A stretch of 64,000 nt of DNA from Dehalococcoidia bacterium (GTDB lineage Bacteria > Chloroflexota > Dehalococcoidia > GIF9 > AB-539-J10), in assembly GCA_034431195.1 (NCBI GenBank), contig DAOUDP010000025.1, positions 20,220 to 84,219 of the forward strand, in the 5' to 3' direction. Both the position numbers and the translations under genes were made by a program. Under the pieces are notes generated by a model, which had not been told where the DNA came from, did no database searches, and saw only the letters and a program-made list of their open reading frames with translations. Below, in pieces: positions 28,711 to 38,348 of this stretch (position 1 is the first letter of the stretch; each line of letters starts with the position of its first letter).

Positions 28711-29535
28711 CTACTCTGTTAAGGAAAGCATCGATAGGAAAGTTCTCACATCAGAAGAGTGACCTCCATCTAGCACAAGAGTTTGCCCTGTCATATAGCT
28801 TGAAGCATCTGAGGCTAGAAGAAGAACGGCGCCAACCATTTCCTCAGGTTCAGCTATTCGCCCCAGAGCCGTGCTGTCTTCAACCTTCTCACGAATCTCG
28901 GAGGTGCTCCATAACAGGCTGGAAAGCTTGGTTTTCACAACACCTGGAGCAATTGCATTTACCCTGATATTGTATTGTCCCCATTCCTGAGCAAGTACCT
29001 GCGTGAGCATAATAACACCCGCTTTGCTTATGGAATAGACTCCCAACCCTACATCAGGGGTAATACCAGCTGATGAAGAAACATTAATAATGCTTCCACC
29101 ACCTTTATCTCGCATTATCTTGCCTACTGCCTGACTTAGGAAAAAATAGCCTTTAAGGTTTAGCCCCATGATTACATCCCAGGCTGGCTCTTCGGTATTG
29201 AACACTGAGCCAAACACTGGATTGGTGCCAGCGTTATTCACCAGGATATCAATATGGCCAAATTCGTCCATCGCTTTTTTAACCAGATTGTCGATCTCAG
29301 GAAGGTGGCGAACATTGGCTGATACCGGAAGGGCTTTCCTTCCCATATCGGTTATTTCCTGAGCCACGGCTTCTAAGTCTGGTAATTTACGGCTGGCAAG
29401 CACTACATCAGCACCTGCCTCTGCCAGCCCTAAAGCAATGCTCCGACCAATTCCCCGGCTTCCACCGGTAACTAGGGCGACCTTCCCTGGAAGATGAAAC
29501 TTCTCCAGAAATGACTCCCTTTTACTATCATCCAT
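28711..29535 (-). CDS. Short-chain dehydrogenase/reductase
   Basis: TGGSRGIG, NNAG, YSISK, NAIAPG, LVLDGG. Confidence 0.93.
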   Translation of the reverse strand: MDDSKRESFLEKFHLPGKVALVTGGSRGIGRSIALGLAEAGADVVLASRKLPDLEAVAQEITDMGRKALPVSANVRHLPEIDNLVKKAMDEFGHIDILVNNAGTNPVFGSVFNTEEPAWDVIMGLNLKGYFFLSQAVGKIMRDKGGGSIINVSSSAGITPDVGLGVYSISKAGVIMLTQVLAQEWGQYNIRVNAIAPGVVKTKLSSLLWSTSEIREKVEDSTALGRIAEPEEMVGAVLLLASDASSYMTGQTLVLDGGHSSDVRTFLSMLSLTE

Positions 29536-29579
29536 AGTACTACTCCTTATAATGATACTCAGCTAGATATGCCGACAAT

Positions 29580-31106
29580 CTAGGTTTTACCATACAACTC
29601 TCTAAATCGCTCCAACATCTTTCTGGGGGTTACGGTAGGTCTTTCATATTTGGGCAATTCTTTTTCTATGCCAAACAGATATTTCGCTATGCTCTTCAAA
29701 GGCTCGAGCTCATATCTCCCCATCATGGTGATAGTTTCCATCTGTGGAGAGCCACCGCCATGCAATCCTGCCACTTGCATCACCCCAGCTACCTCAGAGA
29801 CTATCATACCCTCTATGCCCCGGAAACACCGGTGTTGATTTTCTGCAGATATCTTTGGATTTCTCATCAGGTATTTATTTGCCAGTTTTCCCGTTTCTTC
29901 CGAGAAGAATTCCTCTTCAAAGGGCATGGTAGCGCACAAACCCCCAGCAAGGTCAGCGACGATTTTAAACTCGTTATAAATCTCCTCTCCAGCGAGCTTC
30001 CTGCCAGCATTGGTTAGAATTTCATCAGGTACCCATGTTCCAGACGACGATTTCTCAGCACGATAGGCACTCATTTGACCTGCAGCAAAAACAAGTTCTG
30101 CCGTGCTTATCATATGACATAGCTTGTCCCTTACGTGAGTTGTCCTTTCAATCCCATTGTATTCCGCCACAAGTGCTGCGGCACTGGCTAGAACTTCCGA
30201 TACCGCAGGCTTACAACCGGTATATGAATGACGGTGGTAATGGGCAAAGAGCAAAGCAAGGAAACCAGCGAAAGGCGTTTGTCCTGGGTTAGCCTTTCCA
30301 TCCATGAAGACCCTTTCCCGAGGGACAAAGACATCATCAAAGATAGTAAATGATTCCGCATCGCCCATTTCTGCACCAGGAGCCTGTCCATATTTCACCT
30401 TATGCATACGCGCCGGTCTAACAAGCATTTTTACTCCTTCCCAATCAGCGGGGATGGCGAAGGCAACAGCGTAGTCATTATCTTTATCAGTCATGAATCT
30501 TGTAGGTATGGCTATAATCTCATCGCTCACTGGAGCGGTTGTGTTATCAATCTTGGCTCCCCTGACCACGATGCCATCAGGCCTGCTTTCTACTATTCTG
30601 AGATAAAGGTCGGGGTCCACCTGCTCATGAGGTCTTTTTAGCCTGTCGCCTTTGGGGTCGGTTTGAGCACAATTAGCACATATATCATTGTCCTGCCAGT
30701 ATCGGAGATACTTAAGGAAGTTTTGATTGGTATCTGTGCCTAAGAACTGATCCATCTCATAGGTAACCACGGAGAGGGCATTCATAACATCTATTCCCAT
30801 ACACCTCATAATACAGCCGCCAACCCTGTGGCAAAGGAGCTTGGTCATTAGCTGCTTCTTCAGTAGGTCATCCACGCTTTGGTGAATGTGGGTAAATCTG
30901 TTTATCTTCTCTCCGGTTAAGTGTGATGTTGTCGTGCATAGATCCTGCCACTCTGGGTCATTAGCACGATCGTATGTCTCTCGTATAATGCGTAGCTGTC
31001 CACTAAGTCTCTCGTCATCTCTACCCACTTTCTCTCCACTGATGTAGAGATTCTTCCGCATCTTCTTGATTCTATTGAAGTAATCATCGTATGTCTTAAT
31101 GGCCAT
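29580..31106 (-). CDS. abfD: 4-hydroxybutyryl-CoA dehydratase/vinylacetyl-CoA isomerase family (HpaB fold)
   Basis: CIMRC and HRHSYTGC [4Fe-4S] ligands, QTDPKGDR, GIVVRGAK, HGGGSP. Confidence 0.82.
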   Translation of the reverse strand: MAIKTYDDYFNRIKKMRKNLYISGEKVGRDDERLSGQLRIIRETYDRANDPEWQDLCTTTSHLTGEKINRFTHIHQSVDDLLKKQLMTKLLCHRVGGCIMRCMGIDVMNALSVVTYEMDQFLGTDTNQNFLKYLRYWQDNDICANCAQTDPKGDRLKRPHEQVDPDLYLRIVESRPDGIVVRGAKIDNTTAPVSDEIIAIPTRFMTDKDNDYAVAFAIPADWEGVKMLVRPARMHKVKYGQAPGAEMGDAESFTIFDDVFVPRERVFMDGKANPGQTPFAGFLALLFAHYHRHSYTGCKPAVSEVLASAAALVAEYNGIERTTHVRDKLCHMISTAELVFAAGQMSAYRAEKSSSGTWVPDEILTNAGRKLAGEEIYNEFKIVADLAGGLCATMPFEEEFFSEETGKLANKYLMRNPKISAENQHRCFRGIEGMIVSEVAGVMQVAGLHGGGSPQMETITMMGRYELEPLKSIAKYLFGIEKELPKYERPTVTPRKMLERFRELYGKT

Positions 31107-31120
31107 CTTTCCCTCCTTTC

Positions 31121-32062
31121 TCAGCTTTTAAAGCCAAAGATTTTCGCAGCGTTTTCTCCAAGTACTGCGTCTATTTCTTCTTTTGTAAATTTAATGCCGT
31201 CAGGTGCATTCTCAGGGAGCTCCTTTATCATGTTAAGCCAGTCTTTCATAGGGATTACAGCCTCCAATACGGGATTGTCTGTTCCCCAGAGGAACTTTGA
31301 TGCATCAGCCTCATCAAAGGCTGCTCTTAGCATATGGCAAAACTCGGCAAAGTTTCTTCTTGCTGTTACCTGTTGACCTGAGAAATCGGCATAGAAGGTG
31401 GTTGCCTTGGCCGATATCAGGTTAACCATCTCGTGCCACCAGCAATGACCTAGATGAGCACCTATGACCGTAAGTTTTGGGAAATCACTTACTATGCTAT
31501 CCAGGTAGACAGGCCTGGCATATTTACTTTTCAGGGGCTTTGAAATGGGCCCCAGATGGGAAAGCAACGGGATATTCAATTCTTGAGCCTTCTCCAGTAC
31601 CCTGTGTGACACTTCACTGTCAGGATAGAAGCCTGCTGCGGGATGATATTTAAGACCGCGGCATCCATAGTCGTTCACCGCTCTGTCCAGGATGTCAACC
31701 GCGTCAGACCTGCGCGGGTCAACCCCGGCGAATGCAACAACTCTATCGGGGTACTTCTTTGCCAAAGAGCCATAGAATTGATTGATCTCGTCCACTGTTT
31801 TACCTGCCTCTCCTATTCCGTATCCCCAATCAATGGCCATAACAAAGGCCTTGTCCACGCCTGATGCGTCCATGTTTGCTATCAGCTTCGAGCCATCAGC
31901 ATCCATCATTGGGTCCATGATGTTGTTCTTTACTTCATCTACTGTAGGAGAACCCAGTTTGTTCTTTCTAAAAAAATCTATTCCGATTTCAGCCAGTTCG
32001 TTCCAGTAATTATCCGATATAATGTCCCATGTCCAAACATGACAATGTGCATCTATAATCAT
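31121..32062 (-). CDS. Amidohydrolase family protein (Amidohydro_2)
   Basis: IDAHCH, GLKYHP, SHLG, AHLG, WGTDNP. Confidence 0.9.
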   Translation of the reverse strand: MIIDAHCHVWTWDIISDNYWNELAEIGIDFFRKNKLGSPTVDEVKNNIMDPMMDADGSKLIANMDASGVDKAFVMAIDWGYGIGEAGKTVDEINQFYGSLAKKYPDRVVAFAGVDPRRSDAVDILDRAVNDYGCRGLKYHPAAGFYPDSEVSHRVLEKAQELNIPLLSHLGPISKPLKSKYARPVYLDSIVSDFPKLTVIGAHLGHCWWHEMVNLISAKATTFYADFSGQQVTARRNFAEFCHMLRAAFDEADASKFLWGTDNPVLEAVIPMKDWLNMIKELPENAPDGIKFTKEEIDAVLGENAAKIFGFKS

Positions 32063-32574
32063 TTTTTCCTCCTTCCGCTAACCTGTTAGTTTGTGTTACA
32101 TCCTCTTTGAGTCCCAAGCTCTTATTAGCCTTTATATCGCACATTTGCACTGGCAACCGATAAATCGCTCTTCCGCAGATGCTCACGATGGTGCTCGGCC
32201 GTCTGGGATGACATGCTACAGCTAAGTCTATACACTGAGACATCTCTGGCATCTGATATTTTGCATTTCGCCTAATGGCATACCGTTTATAGGTTAGAAA
32301 TACTTCGGAATAACAAATAACATATAATGCCTGGTGCAAAGCATACCACAATGGGTCTATCCTTGTTAAGATGGCTTAAGTTCTTGTCGCCATCCCAGAT
32401 CTAGTTTTTTCTTTCGATGCTTCCACCTATTCTTAGGAATTAGGTGTTGCTACATATATGGAGATGCTCAGGAGTATGAGGATAAGCTGAAGGAGCAGAA
32501 AATCAGTGATGAGTTATGAGAGTTAAGGTAGGTTTGGTAAAATACTATTGTTCTGTGGAACGAGATTCTGCATG

Positions 32575-32659
32575 GGGGAAGTGTCGGAATTGGCAGACGA
32601 GCATGACTTAGGATCATGTGCCGTAAGGCGTGGGGGTTCGAATCCCCCCTTCCCCACCA
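32575..32659 (+). tRNA. tRNA-Leu (anticodon TAG)
   Basis: GGGGAAG/CTTCCCC acceptor stem, CATGA-CTTAGGA-TCATG anticodon arm, long variable arm, GGGGG-TTCGAAT-CCCCC T arm, encoded CCA. Confidence 0.97.
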
Positions 32660-32787
32660 AGGGTATCAATAGGCAGAACTCCTATTTGTTCTTTTGATTT
32701 GCCATCTTGCGGCACCGGCAGGTTATAGTATACTGTAACCTGTTTTGTATTCATCTCTATTCGTTTTATGAATGAGCGCAAGAAAGC
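32614..32787 (-). pseudogene. C-terminal remnant of a probable large serine recombinase reading into tRNA-Leu
   Basis: AFLRSFIKRIEM..KQVTVYYNLP..DGKSKEQIGVLPIDTLGGEGGIRTP; the last 15 codons are the tRNA antisense; family recognised from memory. Confidence 0.65.
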
Positions 32788-32789
32788 TC

Positions 32790-33020
32790 CCAAAAAATCG
32801 TCTTCTATTACCCCCGTTGTCCTGTTCAAGAAGGAAGAAAGAGGCAAGGCAAACAAGAATTTCCTTACAAAGTATGAAGCTGACGTTATTGTCCAATATC
32901 GCCAGGGTGGTTGAGCCAAGGGCAGCAGTGAAATGTCTTACATGCCCTCCCGACCCCCACCCCGAAGAGTTTTGGTGTAAATGGGAACTTACTGTGAGGG
33001 AGCCTAATAAGCGTATTTGA
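32790..33020 (+). pseudogene. 3' remnant of a DUF6125-like protein (frameshifted)
   Basis: KIVFYYPRCPVQEGRKRQGKQEFPYK* in one frame, IARVVEPRAAVKCLTCPPDPHPEEFWCKWE in another; no 5' half. Confidence 0.55.
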
Positions 33021-33036
33021 CGGGAATCGGGTGTAG

Positions 33037-34695
33037 TTGTATTCTAAGTTTATGGCTAGAATGAGAGATCCAGCAGCTCAACAAACTACTAAGACTGTGG
33101 GATTTGACATGAACTTGCATGACCTTGTCGGTGGCTTAGAGGACGAGCTTCTCATCGTCAATAGTGAATATCAAGTCAGCTTTGCTAACTCAGCTATGCA
33201 GCACAGGTTGCCTGAGGGCACTGAATCACCTGTCGGTAGGCATTGCTACGAAGTCTTCGAGGGGAGGGATAAGCCCTGCAGCGCCCCTCTGTGGGAGTGT
33301 CCGCTTAGGGATGTATTGCAGAGCGGCAACTCGGCAAGCGTCATTCATCCTTATCCCTCCCCCAGCGCAGGTAGCACCTTGGGTAGATATGTCAAGATTA
33401 CCATGTGGCCACTCAAAGATAGTCATGGCGGGATTGATGCAGCGGTTGAGTTGAGGAGAGATGTTACTGCAGAGAGAGAACTGGAAGTGCAGATTCTGAG
33501 GCGACATCACCATCTTGATGCTTTAAGCCGTATTTCTTTTGCTGTTAGTGGGTTATGGGATTTAGATGCTATCCTAAATGTAGCATTTGACACCGTGTTA
33601 CAGATCTTTGGCGGAAGCACAGGAGGAATCCTGCTTTTTGATGAAAAAGTCCAAAAGCTATGTTACAAAGCGCACCGTGGCCTTTCTGCCAAATACGCTG
33701 GAGAGATGTGCCTGACCATGGGTGGGGGAATAGCGGGAAAGGTGGCTCAAACGGGTGAGCCTATTTTGTTGGAAGATATTTCTAGAGATCCAGATGCTGC
33801 TCGCCCTGATTTGATAGCCGCAGAGGGTCTTAAGGGATTCGTTAGTGTCCCTTTGAAAGCAAAGGACAAGGTTTTGGGCGTGATGAATGTTGCCAGCCAT
33901 CTGGCGGGCAAATTCACCTCAGATGATATGTACCTCCTGAACTCAATTGCTTGCCAACTTGGCACGGCAATCGAGCAGGCAAAGCTATATGAACAGTTGA
34001 GTGAAGGAAAGGAAAGATACCAGATACTGCTGAGGCAGGCTCTTACTATCCAGGAACAGGAGCGAAAAAGAATTGCCAGAGAGCTACATGATGAAACAAG
34101 TCAAGAGCTTACTGGCTTGGCGCTCAACCTGCAGGCAGTTAATGAAATGATGGAAATGGGCGGCGTCGAAGATGCTGAAATTAAGGCAATATTGAAAAAG
34201 ACTCAGTCCCTAGCAGTCCATGCAGGCACCGAGTTAACCAAGCTCATAAGGGAGCTCCGCCCCACTCTATTAGATACATTGGGGCTGCCCGCTGCTATTC
34301 ATCAGCTTGCCGAGGCTAACCTCAGTTCTCAAGGCATTAATGTGTCATCAGAGTTTGGAGGAATTGACCGGAAGTTACCGTCGGAAATTGAGTTGGCGTT
34401 TTTCCGCATTACCCAGGAGGCTATGAGCAACATTATAAAGCATTCAGAGGCAAAGAATGCCAGTATCAAAATAGAATGTAATGCTAAAAGATGTATTTTA
34501 CGGGTTGAGGATGATGGCAAGGGGTTTGATGTTGGCAAGATCACAAGCATTGACAGGAGAGGTCGTGGTGCTGGCCTATTCGGCATGAAAGAAAGGGTAA
34601 AATTAGTAAGCGGCACTTGTTCTATTGATTCCCAGCCTGGGCAAGGGACTAGAGTTATCGTCAAGGTTCCAATAAGGGGGAGCGCAGCCGATTGA
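33037..34695 (+). CDS. PAS-GAF sensor histidine kinase (HisKA_3/NarX-UhpB type)
   Basis: PAS with CYEV..PC..CP, GAF, ERKRIARELHDE, QEAMSNIIKHS, DDGKGF, GLFGMKER. Confidence 0.93.
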   Translation: MYSKFMARMRDPAAQQTTKTVGFDMNLHDLVGGLEDELLIVNSEYQVSFANSAMQHRLPEGTESPVGRHCYEVFEGRDKPCSAPLWECPLRDVLQSGNSASVIHPYPSPSAGSTLGRYVKITMWPLKDSHGGIDAAVELRRDVTAERELEVQILRRHHHLDALSRISFAVSGLWDLDAILNVAFDTVLQIFGGSTGGILLFDEKVQKLCYKAHRGLSAKYAGEMCLTMGGGIAGKVAQTGEPILLEDISRDPDAARPDLIAAEGLKGFVSVPLKAKDKVLGVMNVASHLAGKFTSDDMYLLNSIACQLGTAIEQAKLYEQLSEGKERYQILLRQALTIQEQERKRIARELHDETSQELTGLALNLQAVNEMMEMGGVEDAEIKAILKKTQSLAVHAGTELTKLIRELRPTLLDTLGLPAAIHQLAEANLSSQGINVSSEFGGIDRKLPSEIELAFFRITQEAMSNIIKHSEAKNASIKIECNAKRCILRVEDDGKGFDVGKITSIDRRGRGAGLFGMKERVKLVSGTCSIDSQPGQGTRVIVKVPIRGSAAD

Positions 34696-35344
34696 GAAGA
34701 TAAGAGTGCTGGTGGTGGATGATCACACCATCGTGCGGGATGGCATCTGCGCTTTGCTGGCGTTGGCTGCAGACATAGAGGTGGTTGGCGAAGCAGAAAA
34801 TGGTAGGGAGGCGCTGGATAAGGTAAGACAGCTTGCCCCGAATGTGGTGCTTATGGATATAGCCATGCCTATTATGGATGGGCTGGAAGCGACACGTAGA
34901 ATACGCAAGGAATTCTCAAAAACAAAGGTGTTGGTGCTAACCCAATATGCTGAGAAGGAGTATATTTTCCCCATTATCGAGGCAGGAGCCCAAGGCCTCA
35001 TAAGCAAGGCAGCGGCATCTTCAGAGCTTACTTCGGGCATAAGGGCTGTCCACCAGGGCGATTCCTTCCTTTCTCCTGTCGCAGCAAAGGTTTTCGTTGA
35101 GGACTATCAGCGAGGAACTCCTGGGCGAGAAGAAGGAGATCCTTACCGCCAGCTGACAGACAGAGAAAGAGAGGTACTCAAGCTAGTTGCCGAGGGGTAT
35201 ACTACCAAGGAAATAGCAGATTTATTAGTAGTCAGCACGAAAACGGTGGAAGGACACAAGACCAATTTAATGGCTAAACTGGACATCCACAATAAGGCTG
35301 ACCTCGTCAAGTATGCCATACGCAAGGGCATCATAACTGTCTGA
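34691..35344 (+). CDS. NarL/LuxR-family response regulator (probable ATT start at 34691; GTG 34706 alternative)
   Basis: KIRVLVVDDH, LMDIAMP, LTDREREVLKL..EG.TTKEIA..L..S.KTV..H. Confidence 0.93.
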   Translation: MEKIRVLVVDDHTIVRDGICALLALAADIEVVGEAENGREALDKVRQLAPNVVLMDIAMPIMDGLEATRRIRKEFSKTKVLVLTQYAEKEYIFPIIEAGAQGLISKAAASSELTSGIRAVHQGDSFLSPVAAKVFVEDYQRGTPGREEGDPYRQLTDREREVLKLVAEGYTTKEIADLLVVSTKTVEGHKTNLMAKLDIHNKADLVKYAIRKGIITV

Positions 35345-35448
35345 TAGTATAAGCAAACCTAACCTTTTCAACGTCGCTCAATCAGGGTTTTTGCCTCCAT
35401 AAACAAGCTTTAATTCGACAGAATTCAGGAGTTAAAACCACATATTTT

Positions 35449-35462
35449 GAGGGGAACCCCTC
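35449..35462. promoter_or_regulatory. Perfect palindrome GAGGGG-AA-CCCCTC, candidate operator for the NarL-type regulator
   Basis: Inverted repeat immediately upstream of the MTHFR operon; weaker look-alike at 35384-35396. Confidence 0.4.
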
Positions 35463-35493
35463 TTTTGTTTCACCCTAAGGCGAATTACCATAT

Positions 35494-37668
35494 ATGATGA
35501 ATAGTAAAGAAGCGGAGCTATGTTCATCCGAGAGGAAAACAATGTATTCAGCGGGTATCGATGCCTTTAAAAGTGACCACAGCGATGGTGTTAAGAAAAC
35601 CTCTTTTGACCATACGCTCATGCCTCCTTGCCAAGATGCTTGTCCCTTGCATATGGAGATTCGAGAATACGTTGATTTGATTGCCCAAGGGCGGGTGATG
35701 GAAGCATTGCAGGTCATAAGGGATGGCAATCCCTTTCCCTCCATCTGTGCCCATGTGTGCATCCATCCTTGCGAAGATGCTTGTCGGCGTGGTCAGGTGG
35801 ATAATTCCGTTGCCATCAGAGCACTGAAGAGGTTCGCTGTAGAATTCGGTGGCGATAGAATGATCCAACTGGAAGCTGAGACGAGACACGAGGAGAGGAC
35901 CGCCATAGTGGGATCTGGTCCAGCAGGATTGTCTGCTGCCTACTACCTAAGAAGGTTAGGCTATCCCGTAACCATCTTTGAGGCCTACTCAGAGCCCGGG
36001 GGGATGTTGCGGGTGGGTATCCCCAAATATCGCCTCCCGGGGGAGGTACTCGATACTGAGGTTCAAAGGCTGATCCAGATGGGGGTTGAAATCAGGACAA
36101 ATACGCCAGTAGTATCTCTGGATTTGCTGTTTGATATGGGCTACAAAGCCGTCTTCGTAACCGTGGGTGCTCATCAGGGTCTTAGATTGGGAATAGAAGG
36201 AGAGGACAGTCCTGGGGTGGTTGATGGGGCAACCTTCCTCCGTGAGGTGAACCTGGGGCTTAAACCATCTATTGGTGAAAGGGTTGCTGTGGTGGGGGGC
36301 GGCAATGTAGCGATTGATGCCGCCCGCGCAGCACTCCGATTGGGCGCAAGGGAGGTAAGAATCCTCTACCGCCGCAGTCGGGAAGAAATGCCAGCAGACC
36401 CTGCAGAAATAGAGCAAGCAATAGAGGAGGGAGTAGAAATTCTATTCTTGGCAACACCAACTAAGATAGCAAGAGAGGATAGACAGTTGGGACTAACCTG
36501 TATACGTATGGAGCTCGGTGAGCCGGATGCTAGTGGCAGGCGCCGGCCAATACCCATCCAAGGCAGCGAATTCAATATGGGGATTGACACCCTAATTACT
36601 GCTATTGGCCAAGCGCCACAAATTCCCGGTGATTTCCGTCTCCGCATTGGCAGAGGCAGCACTATTCAAGTTGATCCCATCACTCTCACCACCAATCGGG
36701 TGGGAGTTTTCGCTGGAGGCGATGCCATCACCGGACCGGCAACCGTAGTTCAGGCATTGGCAACTGGTAGGGGGGCAGCTTCCCGCATCGACGACTACCT
36801 CCAGCATAGATATCCCTTAGTTAGCAAAGATGAGAAGGAAACCCTAGCAGGCGAGCTTCTCCCCAAAACTATAGAGATGATAAGGAAGCTTACCCGCTTT
36901 GAGCCGCTAACCGTTTCTCCCGAAGCAAGGGTGAAAGAGTTCGAGCTCGTGGAGCTTGTTTATGACTGGGAAAGCGCCATCAACGAAGCCAGGAGATGCC
37001 TGCGCTGCGGCATGGGCGCTGAGATCTTGTTCCAAGACAAATGTGCTACCTGCCTCACCTGTTTGCGAGTTTGTCCCTATCACGTGCCCTACCTGGACGA
37101 CAGCGGCACCATCCAGATACCTGCTGATCAGTGTCAAGCCTGCGGTATATGCGTGGCCGAATGCCCTGCTAAGGCTATAGTTTTGCGCAAGCCACAGGAT
37201 CGTCGGCAGATAGATGAGGAGTTAGATCATGTCCTTAAGTCTGCGGCACAGGCGAAGTCCAAGCCCTTGATTATTGGCTTCTCTTGTCAATACGGGCTTT
37301 ACGGCACTGGTGCCCTGGCGAGCTTATGGAGGGGGGCTAAAGCTGGCATTTGGATAGTACCTGTCCTGTGTGTAGCCAAGATAGAAGCTGAGCACATATT
37401 GCAGGCCTTTGAGATGGGTGCTGAAGGCGTTTTTATTGCTGGATGTGGGCAAGAACAGTGTGCCAGGGAAGATACTGCTTTCTGGGCGTTACAGCGGATG
37501 GAAAAAGCCAAGAAGGTGTTAGCTCAGATTGGTCTTGAACCACAACGCCTGCAAGCCTTTAACTTATATGCCGATGGAGAGGATCCTGCCACGGCGTTAG
37601 ATAAGTTCACTGAGCGAATAGGAGAGTTCTACTTGGCTTCAGCAATAAAGCAGGAGGTGAAGACTTGA
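35494..37668 (+). CDS. GltD/SudA-like NAD(P)H flavoprotein fused to 2x[4Fe-4S] and MvhD domain (start possibly 35542)
   Basis: PCQDACP..C..VC..PCEDAC, GSGPAG, GGGNVAID..YRR, CLRC, CATCLTCLRVCP, CQACGICVAECP, MvhD-type FSC..VLC..GC...C. Confidence 0.88.
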   Translation: MMNSKEAELCSSERKTMYSAGIDAFKSDHSDGVKKTSFDHTLMPPCQDACPLHMEIREYVDLIAQGRVMEALQVIRDGNPFPSICAHVCIHPCEDACRRGQVDNSVAIRALKRFAVEFGGDRMIQLEAETRHEERTAIVGSGPAGLSAAYYLRRLGYPVTIFEAYSEPGGMLRVGIPKYRLPGEVLDTEVQRLIQMGVEIRTNTPVVSLDLLFDMGYKAVFVTVGAHQGLRLGIEGEDSPGVVDGATFLREVNLGLKPSIGERVAVVGGGNVAIDAARAALRLGAREVRILYRRSREEMPADPAEIEQAIEEGVEILFLATPTKIAREDRQLGLTCIRMELGEPDASGRRRPIPIQGSEFNMGIDTLITAIGQAPQIPGDFRLRIGRGSTIQVDPITLTTNRVGVFAGGDAITGPATVVQALATGRGAASRIDDYLQHRYPLVSKDEKETLAGELLPKTIEMIRKLTRFEPLTVSPEARVKEFELVELVYDWESAINEARRCLRCGMGAEILFQDKCATCLTCLRVCPYHVPYLDDSGTIQIPADQCQACGICVAECPAKAIVLRKPQDRRQIDEELDHVLKSAAQAKSKPLIIGFSCQYGLYGTGALASLWRGAKAGIWIVPVLCVAKIEAEHILQAFEMGAEGVFIAGCGQEQCAREDTAFWALQRMEKAKKVLAQIGLEPQRLQAFNLYADGEDPATALDKFTERIGEFYLASAIKQEVKT

Positions 37669-38348
37669 TAGTTGCAGAGCAAAAACCTTTAGGGGAAATA
37701 AAACGCCTGATTGCTCCTTACGAGAAGGTGTTAATCCTTGGCTGTGGTACCTGTATGACTGTTTGTGGTGCTGGTGGGGAAAGAGAGGTCTCCTTGCTTC
37801 ACAGTGCATTGAAGGTGGCCCAGGCTAGAGGTGGAAATGAGGCTCATAGTTTTTTGGAATACACAGTGAAGCGGCAGTGTGATTTTGAATTTCTGGACAT
37901 GCTCGAGGATAGGGTCGGGGAGGTGGATGCCATTCTCTCGCTAGGTTGTGGCATTGGTGTGCAGGTGATAGCTGAGCGTTTCCCAGGTATACCTGTTTTG
38001 CCTGGCGTCGACACATCTTTTATGGGTGCGTCTAAGGAGTGGGGTGTTTGGGATGAGCGATGTGCCGCTTGTGGCGAATGCAGACTGGATGAAACTGGTG
38101 GTATTTGTCCCATCACCAGGTGTGTTAAGGGCATACTTAATGGTCCCTGTGCGGGCAGCAAAAGTGGAAAATGCGAGGTGAGCAGCGACATGGACTGTGC
38201 CTGGGTACTGATTTATGAGCGACTGGAGAGGTTAGGGCAATTGGAAAAAATGCGCCGATATTACCCTCCTAGGAACTTTCGGACAATCCCCAGGCCGAGA
38301 AGGATCGTGAGCAAGGCTGACATTGATCTGGGAGGAAACGATGGCTAA
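37665..38348 (+). CDS. metV: MTHFR-associated Fe-S/Zn protein MetV
   Basis: LGCGTC.TVC..GG, KRQCD, GCGIGVQ, CAACGEC, GICPITRC.KGILNGPCAG, CAW. Confidence 0.88.
   Translation: MIVAEQKPLGEIKRLIAPYEKVLILGCGTCMTVCGAGGEREVSLLHSALKVAQARGGNEAHSFLEYTVKRQCDFEFLDMLEDRVGEVDAILSLGCGIGVQVIAERFPGIPVLPGVDTSFMGASKEWGVWDERCAACGECRLDETGGICPITRCVKGILNGPCAGSKSGKCEVSSDMDCAWVLIYERLERLGQLEKMRRYYPPRNFRTIPRPRRIVSKADIDLGGNDG

Noticed and set aside
32246-32265. Sigma54 promoter TGGCA...TTGCA
   Set aside because: GG-GC spacing is 13 nt rather than 10, and the strand is wrong for the adjacent operon
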